Below the pieces are notes generated by a model that saw only the letters and a program-made list of their open reading frames with translations, did not search any database and was not told the origin of the DNA. Both the position numbers and the translations under genes were made by a program. From Eledone cirrhosa (Eukaryota), in assembly GCA_964016885.1 (NCBI GenBank), contig CAXHJY010000322.1:133029-197028 (forward strand): a stretch of 64,000 nucleotides of DNA, written 5' to 3'. Positions 13,231 to 23,883 of the stretch are shown piece after piece (position 1 is the first letter of the stretch; each line of letters opens with the position of its first letter).

Positions 13231-13303
13231 CATACATACATACATATAAACAAATATACATATACACATACATACATGCATAAATGAATACATATACACA
13301 TAT

Positions 13304-13913
13304 ATGGTGGCTGCCAACTCGTTTTCGAGTACGGCCACTACTTTATATCCATGTAGGAGAACCCCCACCGATGCGCTGAAGGAGTGTGACTTTTTAATCC
13401 AGCCAGCGACTTGAAAACTCTGGTACAAACACTACACTTGTGACAATTATTGTCACATAGTGCTGGACCCATAGTACCATGTGATGACAAGTGCAGAGAG
13501 ATCTCCAGATATAAAGCAATGCCTGTGCAGTGAAGCTTTTATAGTGAGCAAAGGCACTGCACAAAGCCAGTCCCACTCTCTTAACCAAGATGATATTTAC
13601 CAAAAAGAAGAACAAGTCAACATCATTGGATACCATCAGGGTTGCAGGTGTTATATCAGAGTTTTCCTTCTCCTAGAATTCTGCCTTGACAAAGGCTAAA
13701 GAGTCATCTCTCCCGGTGATTTTGGATGGCCATTGACTCTTAAGAGCTCCTTTGACCTTTGACAGGTTTTGTTTTTAGTCCTGCAGGATGTCCAAAGTCA
13801 CCCTCCTCACCAAGAAACCTTGGTGGGGTTGCCAGTTTAGTCGCCAACGACCCGACCATGAGACAGGTTGTACTGGATACATGTGACCGGTAGCACCAAC
13901 TGGTGACCTGACA
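13304..13913 (-). mobile_element. ~610-bp non-autonomous RTE-derived (bipartite) element, copy 1
   Basis: Recurs at 30145, 40213 and 53188 with the same ends. The minus strand has the RTE-type 5' UTR motif CTAGGAGAAGGAAAACTCTGAT and a 3' remnant encoding a C2H2 finger ([17 protein letters not shown]...AH) typical of RTE C-termini. Confidence 0.75.
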
Positions 13914-13978
13914 TATGAAGCGGCGGCCTACCGCATGCCGTCTTCTTCAACCAGCCCTGACGTCGCCGGCGACGACGT

Positions 13979-14115
13979 ATACATACATACATACATACAT
14001 ACATACATACATACATACATACATACATACATAAATAAATAATACACACATACATACATACATACATACATAAATAAATAAATAATACATACATACATAC
14101 ATACATACACACATG
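13979..14115 (+). repeat. Compound (TACA)n/(TAAA)n microsatellite
   Basis: Seen directly. Confidence 0.92.
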
Positions 14116-15049
14116 CATCTTTGAAGGATATGCTTTTGCAATCCAAGTACAGGAGATTATCACGAAATACCTGATTCACAAAAGAGATAGGGTTGCAGGC
14201 AAAACACCTAGGTGTGATAACAAGTGCAGACTTTGCAGAACTGACATCGAGGATATCACCCATGTAATCAGCAGCTGTCCAAAGATGTCATCGCGGTACT
14301 ATCTACCTATGAGGCATGATGTAGTGGCCAAAACACTGTACAATGCAGTTCGTAAAAAAGATAGCCCCGATCATAAACACATTAAAAGCTACAGCAATGT
14401 GGAAGACATCCATGTACATAATATGAAAGAATACTGGTGGAATGTTCCAGTAAAAACCCCAATAAAATGCAGGCATAACAGACCAGATATTATGATATGG
14501 GACAGGGAGAAGAAAGCATGCAGAGTAGTGGAAGTTAGCTGCCTAGCAGATGGCAATATAATATCAAAGATTAGTGAAAAGGAGAATATTTATGCAAAAC
14601 TGATGAGAAATCTGCAGATACTCCACCCTGATTACACCTTCAGATTTATGCCTGTGATTATTGGGACACTGGGGTATGTTAGTAACTGCCTCAATACAAA
14701 TCTTGAGAAGTTAGGCTTCACAGGAACAGAAAGAACACAATTAGTTAGGAAATTACAAGTACAATCCATTAATGGAACAGCAAAATTATGTAAAACATTC
14801 CAAACATTCTGCATCTAATAACTACATATACAATGTACAGATACAAGGCATATACACATGCACACGTACAACTCAAAGCATCCACATCCACACATACAAT
14901 AACATCCATACCTGCACACACATGCATGCAGACATACATATATAATCTACCTAGTTGATGTGTAAATGTCAATGAGAGTCTTGTAGCTATGTTAGAAACC
15001 GACTATCTCTCTATTGGTAAAAATTTGTGAAATTATAAAACTAGAAGAA
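14116..15049 (+). mobile_element. Second R4/Dong-like RLE LINE family, 5'-truncated (CCHC + RLE domain + 3' UTR)
   Basis: FEGYAFAIQ..NKCRLC..THVISSC..RHD..RPDIMIWD..VEVSC..EKENIY; stop at 14818. Both flanks are (CATA)n. Confidence 0.88.
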
Positions 15050-15060
15050 CATACATACAT

Positions 15061-15134
<74 letters not shown>

Positions 15135-15835
15135 ACGGGGGTGTAACGTTACACACATGAAGGGAAAAGCCAAGTACTATTTCAAAAGAATTCACCAAAG
15201 AAACGCTATAAACATTTAAATACAACTGTAGAATTCAAAACAATGTGAAAGGAAAATGTTTTCCAAGATGTGAACAACTTTAAATTTAATTATGACAAAA
15301 TTTTGTCGAAACTTTTAAAGATAATCGTTTTTTTTAATAAATACAAATATCATTGGATAGACAAAATCCTCATGGCTAAACGTATAAGTCTCCATGACAA
15401 CAATCATGTATGAAATGGAGAACAATCTTAACAAAGATTTATATGAAGCATACATATAATCTGACCCAAAACGTTTGATTTTATGCAAATAATTAAACAT
15501 TTGTGGAACTCTAAACACCCAGAATTAGTTTTGGTTCACAATATTTAAATGAATAAGCAAGACGTATCATTAGGAGTAAATTGATTCATTTAACGCAGCT
15601 ATCAGGTTCAAAATAGGCTGGCACTATAAAGCCAGCCATTGAAGATAATCGTTCCACTTCTACTGAGGGACTGACAGAATAATCAGTTAAATATAGCAGT
15701 TCTTTACCAACAACTGAAATCTATACCTCTACTGTACAAACAGAAGAAAGCTGAGGACGTCTTACAAGTGATCTGGGAAATATTTCAACAGGTTCACAAC
15801 TTTAATTACAGGTCATTCAACAACATTATGAGCAA

Positions 15836-16026
15836 ACGGTGGATTGGCAGTATCGGTAGAGGGTCGGACGCCATGCTTTGCAGCAAAGAGTTACGGCCCT
15901 TTATGATCTGAGTTCAAATCCCGCCGAGGTTAACTTTGCCTTTCATCCTTACGGGGTCGATAAAATAAAGTACCAGTAATACACTGGAATAATTGCTGGT
16001 CTTGTGCCAAAAGTAGAAATAATTAT
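15836..16026 (+). mobile_element. tRNA-derived SINE
   Basis: A-box-like TGGCAGTATCGG and B-box GAGTTCAAATCC. The body TTTGCCTTTCATCCT..GGGGTCGATAAAATAAAGTACCAG is shared with the minus-strand copies at 17740 and 28273. Confidence 0.8.
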
Positions 16027-16548
16027 AAGTAAAGAACACAGTAAATTATAATTGAAAACAGTAAATAAAATAGCAGATAATTACCTGAAGGTCACACAAT
16101 CCAGAGATATGAAAACAACCTATGGAACCGTTAACTTTTTGATATACGTCTCAGCTATCACATTGCTATCCTATCGTGAAGCCACGCAATCGCGATACAA
16201 GCAGAAAGCCTGAACCAGCGAAGAAGTATCTCGCAGATCGTTGTAGTTATACAGACATTTCAGTCTTAACTAATTATCTCCCCTGATCCATACTGTAAGT
16301 TAATACCATCTCATTTTCTTTCTCACTTCCTTCATCCTTTGATCCTTCATCTGTCTCTCTCCTGTCTCTCTCTTCCCCTCTCTCTCTCTTCCTCTCTCTC
16401 TCTCTCTCTCTATTTCGTTCATACCTGGAGATCACTACACCTGGTTTAAATTCCCAAGACACGATGTAGGTCATAACGGTGCTCGTCCGACTCAATGAGA
16501 AGTTCAGGATTAGAGAGAGAAAGGGAGAAAGAAAGAGAGATATAGTGA

Positions 16549-16584
<36 letters not shown>

Positions 16585-16820
16585 AGGAAAGAAGGAAAGA
16601 TAGAGATCCCAGAGTTAGCGGGAACATAAGATGGTCGTTACAAACGCTTTATTGACAAATTCAGGAAAACTTCCGTATCTCTGCCAACGTTCTCTTTCTC
16701 TATATTGTTTCTTCCGTTTTTTATATCTTTTCTACTTTCGTTCTTTCCATTCCACTTCCCCCCATCTCATCTCCCCCCCCCCCTCCTCATCCCTTTCTCC
16801 ATTTATATCTTCTAAAAAAT

Positions 16821-17735
16821 CAGGGATTTTCAAATTGTGGGTTCCGACCCATTATTGGGTCATCAAGTACATAAAATGTGTCACAATGTAAAGGGGGCAG
16901 GGGTCTACAAATATATGTGTTTTAGTACACCAAGACATACTGGGTCGTAATATATATTACACTAAGACATGCTGGGTCGTAATATATATTACACTAAGAC
17001 ATGCTGGGTCGTAATATATATTACACTAAGACATGCTGGGTCGTAATATATATTACACCAAGACATGCTGGGTCGTAATATATATTACACCAGTACATAC
17101 TGGGTGGTAATATATATTACACCAAGACATGTTGGGTCGTAATATATATTACACTAAGACATGCTGGGTCGTAATATATATTACACCAGTACATACTGGG
17201 TGGTAATATATATTACACTAAGACATGCTGGGTCGTAATATATATTACACCAGTACATACTGGGTGGTAATATATATTACACTAAGACATGCTGGGTCGT
17301 AATATATATTACACTAAGACATGCTGGGTGGTAATATATATTACACTAAGACATGCTGGGTCGTAATATATATTACACCAGTACATACTGGGTGGTAATA
17401 TATATTACACCAAGACATGTTGGGTCGTAATATATATTACACTAAGACATGCTGGGTCGTAATATATATTACACTAAGACATGCTGGGTCGTAATATATA
17501 TTACACCAAGATATACTGGGTCGTAATATATTACACTAAGACATACTGGGTTATTATATATTACACTAAGACATGTTGGGTCGTAATATATATTACACTA
17601 AGACATTCTGGGTCGTAATATATATTACACATAGACATGCTGGGTCGTAATATATATTACACTAAGAGGTTGAGTCGCACCACAAATTGCAGGTCTCGGT
17701 GTGGGTCACACTAAAGAAAGTAGTTTTGAACCCTA
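16821..17735. mobile_element. hAT (Charlie-like) MITE expanded by an internal minisatellite
   Basis: Left end CAGGGATTTTCAAATTGTGGGTTCCGACCC and right end GGGTCAC..AGTTTTGAACCCT. Degenerate TIRs with GGGTC subterminal motifs. Confidence 0.6.
16927..17667 (+). repeat. 32-bp minisatellite (~23 units) ACACTAAGACATGCTGGGTCGTAATATATATT
   Basis: Direct tandem units with recurring variants (ACACCAGTACATACTGGGTGG) and no unique spacers. Confidence 0.96.
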
Positions 17736-17820
17736 GACAGAAGTTGAGCAATTTGTGTGGGCGGAGAAAATCGATTAAATCAACCCTAGTATTTGACTGG
17801 TACTTTATTTTATCGGCACT
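17736..17820 (-). mobile_element. SINE 3' fragment
   Basis: Reverse complement of the GATAAAATAAAGTACCAGTCAAATACT core seen at ~15960. Confidence 0.6.
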
Positions 17821-17859
17821 TTGTATGTATGTAAGCAAGTATTTATATATGCAAGTATA

Positions 17860-17979
17860 TATCCATCTATCTATTTATCTACATATCTATCCATCCATCT
17901 ATCTATATATCTATTTATCTATCTATCTGTCTGTCCATCTATAAGATATCTATTTATTTATCTATATATATCTATCTCT
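17860..17979 (+). repeat. Degenerate (TATC)n tract
   Basis: Many interruptions; left flank of Tx1 copy 6. Confidence 0.85.
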
Positions 17980-18180
17980 GGGATGGACACGTGTTAAACT
18001 TGCTCGGTAAGTTTTGTTTAAATTTCCTTAGAAATTCGTCATTGCGAACTTTTAATTTTATACCAATTTGTAGAGGGACTGACAGGTCAAATTTTGATCT
18101 GGTCAGTCCTCCAAAATATCGTGCCCCTCAGGGCAAAAACATCCAAAATATTTTTACAAAACAGTACATTTTTTTTTAAA

Positions 18181-20096
18181 ATGGCCGAAGCACCTACTTT
18201 TTTGCCAAAACAAGAAGATGGGAAGGGAAAGCCATGCCTACTTGGCCAGCAGGTAGTAGCAGACATGGACAAAGAAAGGCCAACATCATCGCCTCAACAT
18301 CTAGAAATGGAACAAGCTTCAGCTGTTTGTAAGCAACTGAACACGCCTGACGTCACAAACGTCACATGTATCCACACACAGAAAGATATATATGTAGTAA
18401 ACACTTCCTTTCGTAAAGAAATGGAAATTCACACAACAAAAAATGAAAATAACAGCCCACAACAGACACCAAAAAATACATCCAACAATACCAATCAAAA
18501 GAAAAAAATGTCAACACAAACACCAAAGAAAATACAAACAACAGTGACAACAACAATAAGAAAGACAACAACAGCAAAATTTCTTTTGCTGATACCGTAA
18601 ACAAAACGGAAATATTTCAACTTTTGGATTTAACCAACGCGAAACAAAAGTTGGAAGATGCTAAACAATATGTGACTTTTGGACCCAATGGGTCATTTAG
18701 CATAAATTCACCACAAGAACTAAGGAGAGAAAATGCCCAGAACACGGTGGTTTTCAGGACAATCTCAAATGCAGCAAAAAAACCAGCTCAACTATCTCAG
18801 AATGAGATTGAGCTAGTATTAAGGAACCACATGGATAACATTTTATTTATTCAGAAAGCCAAACTTTTCGGCAGCATCTCGGTGCTAATGAAAAACAACA
18901 TAACAGCACAAAAATATTCCATCGCGCCCATTGTGTCCACCCATTTTACATTTTTCTCTACATACATGGGAAAAAGAACGCAAAAAATAAAAATTACATG
19001 TATAAGACCCAAAGTAGATATTTGGTGGATACTTTATGGCCTAATTGACCTTGAACAAGACATTTTGATCTCAGTAGGAAAATCCTCCAGAGATATATTT
19101 AGTGGGACTAGCGTCGAAATTCTGGTGCAGATGAGCCCAGAACGTATAATGAAAATCCCACAGAGAGTACCTCTGGATGGACAGACCTACATAAACATTT
19201 CGATTGAGGGTAGGCGGCCCGCATGTTACCACTGCACAAGCAGAGGTCACCTAAGGGCTGCCTGTCCTCAATTGACAAAAAAAAACCCACTTTTACCAAC
19301 ACCACAAATAACAACACAACCACCACCACCACCACCACCACGACAACAAGAAAAAACTACAGAAAACACTATCCCATCCAACCCCTCCCCACCCAAAACA
19401 AATACAAAAACACACACAGACACTACAGAACCCCAAAACATACCCCTACCCATCAACACGGATGAGGAACCCCTATCGACGGCACCCAGCGGCGATGAGG
19501 AGGAACCCTTCCAACCCGTGAAAAGAATAAAAAGAAAGAACCGCATGAACAAAAACGAAACAAACACACGAACACCAGCACAAACAGCACAAAAATCACA
19601 AACAAAAGTTCCCCCTCCCGAAAACAAAACACCCACAACAAAGGGAAAACACATGCAGGAACCACAGACAAAAACAAACACAACACAGGAAAAGTACACA
19701 TACACTTACATAAACGAAGAAAATAGAACACTGATGGAGACCATCAGAAACAACCCTTTGGTCAAAACCGAAGGGAAAACTTTGGATAGCTCCAACAAAA
19801 ACAAAAAAAATGAACCTAAAACTGATCAGGGTCCCTATAGGAACTTATAGATCCCTAAAAGAAATATTTGTAGAGGACGTGGGGAATTCCTGCGTGAAAC
19901 CAATCAACCGCGTCCTCTACAAAGGCCTCCCCACCACATGCACCCCCACCCAAGTCATCCCCATCCCACCAGACACCCCTTCCCCACCAAACACCTCCGT
20001 CCCCACCCCGTCAAAAACCCCCACCCCCACCCAACAACCCATCCCCCCACCCTCATGGAAATTGTGCAGCCCGATACCCGGGACGCAGAGATGTAA
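18181..20096 (+). pseudogene. LINE ORF1 with frameshifts
   Basis: MAEAP.. start and CYHCTSRGHLRAAC knuckle. The C-terminus MEIVQPDTRDAEM* matches copy 2 MEIEQPDLQETKR*. Confidence 0.85.
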
Positions 20097-20119
20097 GTGC
20101 CCTTCTCTTCACCACCAAC

Positions 20120-23100
20120 ATGGCTATGCTAAGAGTAGGCTGTCTAAATGCGCGTGGCCTGGGCTCAACTTGGAAGCAAGCAATGCTTCTAAATGACCTC
20201 AGGTCACAACGTATAGATGTGATGGTTATTTGCGAGGTCCGGATCAGCAACGTGCGACATCTGGTCCCCACCTTTCATGACTTTGAGATGCACGCATCTC
20301 TCTGTCAGCCCGGAGGTGGGGGTGAGGTTGTCGTTCTGCTGCAAAAACATCTGGGTCTCGCAACACAGACGATACATTTGGACCCGGAGGGTCGACTAGT
20401 GGTTCTGGACCTTGGCAGTGGTGAAGGCGGAGCGTTTAGGTTGGTAGCCGCCTACCAATGCGGCCGGACTTCTTCCATCGTCTGGAGACTTTTCTAGGGA
20501 CGGCCCACTCCTTGCTATTAGTGGGGGACTGGAATAGTATCCTAGATGCACGCTGGGACTACGTAGGGGCCTGTCCCGATAGAGAGGGGTGTAATAGCCT
20601 AAAAGGGTTAATCGGTCGATTTGACCTGGCCGATAGATATCGACTAGATTTTCCAACTGCGCCAACCTGGACTTGGGTAAATCGTAGCGGATGATTTAGG
20701 TCGTAGCTAGATAGGTTCTTAGTTAGAAATAAGGATAAGGACTTTTTAAGTTGTCCAAAAATGCGCCTGGTTGGCTATTCAGACCACAAGTTAGTGACCT
20801 GCATGGTCAACCTTGACAGAACGCATAGACAGGGACCCGGTTACTGGAAGCTCAACTTGTCCTTACCGGCAAGTAAGGCTTACAGGGACCGGATTAGCAC
20901 TTTAGTTAAGGAGCGGTTGACGGGCGCCATCGTCAACAGCAGGTGGTGGGGATCTCTCAAAAGAGAGATTAGAGTAGTCTCTATAGAATTTAGTAAGGAG
21001 TTAGCCTCAAATAGAAATAGGAAGGAAAGGGAGTTGGTAGATAGTGTAGAAGAGGCAATTAGAAGCGGCGATGTGGCCAGAGTGCTAGCGTCGAGAACGG
21101 CCCTGGGCCAGTTCTTCGACGCGAAACACGAAGGCTGCTCTGGGAAACGAGGGGACCAAAGCTGTTAGCTGGGCCCGCGTGACAGAAACCAAAAGAGGGA
21201 GTAGATCCACTATCCGGTCTTTGCGAGACCAGGGTGGACGGGTGATCCTTGAACCTAAGCAGATGTGCGAGGCTTTTCAAAAGCACTTTGCCAGATTGTT
21301 CGGAAGGGGCAGGGAGCCGGTTGGGGAAGTGGACTTCGGTCCATACCTCGACGGCCTGCCACGTCTCTCTGACAGGGAGACGAAGTCCTGCGAGGAGCCG
21401 ATTTCAGCCGCTGAGATAGAGGACGTGCTGAGCCAAATATGGCAAACGCAAATCCCCGGGTCTCGATGGTCTTCCATACGAACTATATCTAGCTATGCCG
21501 GACTTGTTCCCCGATCTCCTCGAGGCGGTCTACTGCAACTGGCAACAGAACGGGAGTATTCCCTGTGCTGTGACTAAGGGCGTAGTCACGCTAGTGAGGA
21601 AGGACGAGAACAAGGGGGACGATATAAATAATTTCAGGCCCATAACTCTGCTAAATACAGAGTTACAGATTTTGGCCAAGGTGCTAGCAAAGAGGTTGGC
21701 GCTTGTCGTGGGCAACCTGGTGGGAGTTGCGCAGACATGTGCCATCCCGTCCAGGTCCATCCACGACAACCTCCACCTCATGCGATACATCATAGAGAGG
21801 GTTGGGAACGAACCCGGCTTTGGTGGGGCCCTGATCAACTTGGATCAATCTAAGGCATTCGATATGGTCGACCATGGTTACCTGGATGCGGTGCTAGCGG
21901 CGGCAGGCTTCGGACCCGTTTTCAGGGGCTGGATCAATGCCATACACAGCAGCCGCATCTGCTCTAGGGTCAAGGTGAACGGCTACCTCTCGGAGCCGTT
22001 CGAAATCGCGCGGTCCATCCGACAAGGGTGTCCTCTCTCCTCTCTTCTGTATGTAATGACTCTAGAGCCACTGCTGCGGAAGTTGGAGTTGTTGCAGGGC
22101 ATCCCGTTGGATCTGGGATTGCGGAAAGCGGTGTCGGCCTACGCCGATGACGTGACAGTAATGGTGTCGACGGCCTCGGAAATCGGGGCGATCGGCACCT
22201 TACTGGAGGAGTACGAAATGTTTACAGGGGCTAAGCTGAACCGGGACAAGTCGATCGTTCTGCAACTCGGCACGTGGAGGGGCAGATCGATGCCCCCCGA
22301 TGGCGTCGTCGGGCGCTGGATGGAGGGCCCGGTGAAGTTGCTCGGGGTCTGGTTCGGACCAGACCTCCAGGTGGAGAAGAACTGGGGTGAGGTAACGAAC
22401 AGGGTGTTTGCACTGACCCAGAAGTGGGCCGAGTGCAAACTGTCCCTGAAAGGTCGGGCGGAGGTGGCGAACACTTATATAGCGTCCGTCATTTACTACC
22501 GCCTGACCCTTGTGCCTTGCCAAAAGGAAACGCTCGCCAAAATGGAGCGCGCACTCTTCCAATTCCTTTGGAAGAAGCAATCTCCTATGGTGAGGAGATC
22601 CATCTGCTGTCAACACCCTTCGAAAGGAGGGCTGGGGATGCCGTGGCTAATGATACGTAAACACGCATTAAGGCTACGGCACCTCCAGGTATTCCTCACC
22701 GGTCAACCGGTGTGGGCCCCGTTTGTGAGGCGAGCCTTTCCCAGACTCGTCTCACTCACCGAGCTGCAATCCTGGGTCAAGCAAAGACCGAGAAAACTGG
22801 GCGCCTGGCACACCGAGTGTGCCCAAGCGCTCACGGCTCTCTGGCAGGCGGACCCGGCTGTCAGTGGAGAATCTACCTCGTCATTCTATAGACGGCTGGT
22901 GGTTAGCAAGTGCGACAACGCCCTCGGAGAAGCCCTAGGCATGGAGGAAGACGAACTGGACAACCTGTTCGGTAGGACATTCAGCCCGGGACCCATGGAT
23001 AACTTCCAGAGGTCCCTGGCCTGGCAGTGATACCGAGGGGCTCTGCCCGTTCGAGAAAGGCTCTACAGACACGGGCGCCCGGGTAGGGACCCCGCCAAAA

Positions 23101-23522
23101 AGATCTGTCCCAGATGCGTGTGCGACGAGGAAACCGTTGCACACGCATTGGTACACTGCTCGGGCATTGCCGATCTGTGGGGCTATGTTGAACTACTGCT
23201 GTCAAGGATGGGACCGGTCCGGTTGACCACCGAGTCTATTGTAACGATCAAGCCGCCTCCCCTCTTCAAAAACGAAGGAGAGGCGGTGTTTCTGTGCGTA
23301 ATAGCCATGGCGAAAGAGGTTGTATGGTGGACGCGTCTGAAAGGACTGAGGTCAGGCACCTTTCTCTCTGGCCAACAACTGGTCCGTTTCTTCCGATATC
23401 ATTTCGGAAGAAGGATCAGGATGGAGAGAGAGGTGCTGCACCCCAGTCGTTTTTATGAAAGATGGGTGAAAGTGGCGAGAATGGCCCGTGTGAATGGGCC
23501 TTCACTCTACATCAGACGATAG
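20120..23522 (+). pseudogene. LINE ORF2 (APE-RT) with frameshifts and stops
   Basis: CLNARGL, GDWN, YSDH and YADD in consecutive ORF pieces. Confidence 0.92.
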
Positions 23523-23787
23523 GTGAGGAAGATGAAAAATCAAGGGAGCACCCTCTCTCTGTGCTCCTGAGGAGAAGGGTTGCACACATTTTTTCGGGGG
23601 TGTGTGCGACCTCCCAAGGCGCCTCCTCCCTATTGAGGAATTTGTTATAAAATTTATCTTGTTATATTTTATTTTATTTTTATACATTGTTATTGCCTCC
23701 TCCTTATTGAGGACGCCTTTTTGTGTAAACTCCCCCCTTTGTACTTGTCCTACTTTTTGATGCTCTGGTGGCAAATAAAAAGAAAAT

Positions 23788-23799
23788 TATCTATCTATC

Positions 23800-23881
<82 letters not shown>
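23788..23881 (+). repeat. (TATC)n microsatellite
   Basis: Near-perfect ~94-bp tract. Confidence 0.98.
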
Positions 23882-23883
23882 CT

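Larger units (their letters stand above)
17980..23787 (+). mobile_element. Tx1 copy 6, full length with 5' end, frameshifted
   Basis: Starts GGGATGGACAC (same as 23884), followed by ORF1, ORF2, 3' UTR and (TATC)n. Confidence 0.94.

Noticed and set aside
15836-15930. tRNA gene
   Set aside because: A and B boxes are present but there is no cloverleaf, and the sequence continues into a dispersed SINE body.
16109-16213. Short + strand ORF resembling a signal peptide (MKTTYGTVNFLIYVSAITLL..)
   Set aside because: Only 34 codons, with no supporting splice or homology evidence.
16927-17667. CRISPR-like 32-bp repeats
   Set aside because: The units are directly adjacent with no unique spacers, there are no cas genes, and the context is eukaryotic.
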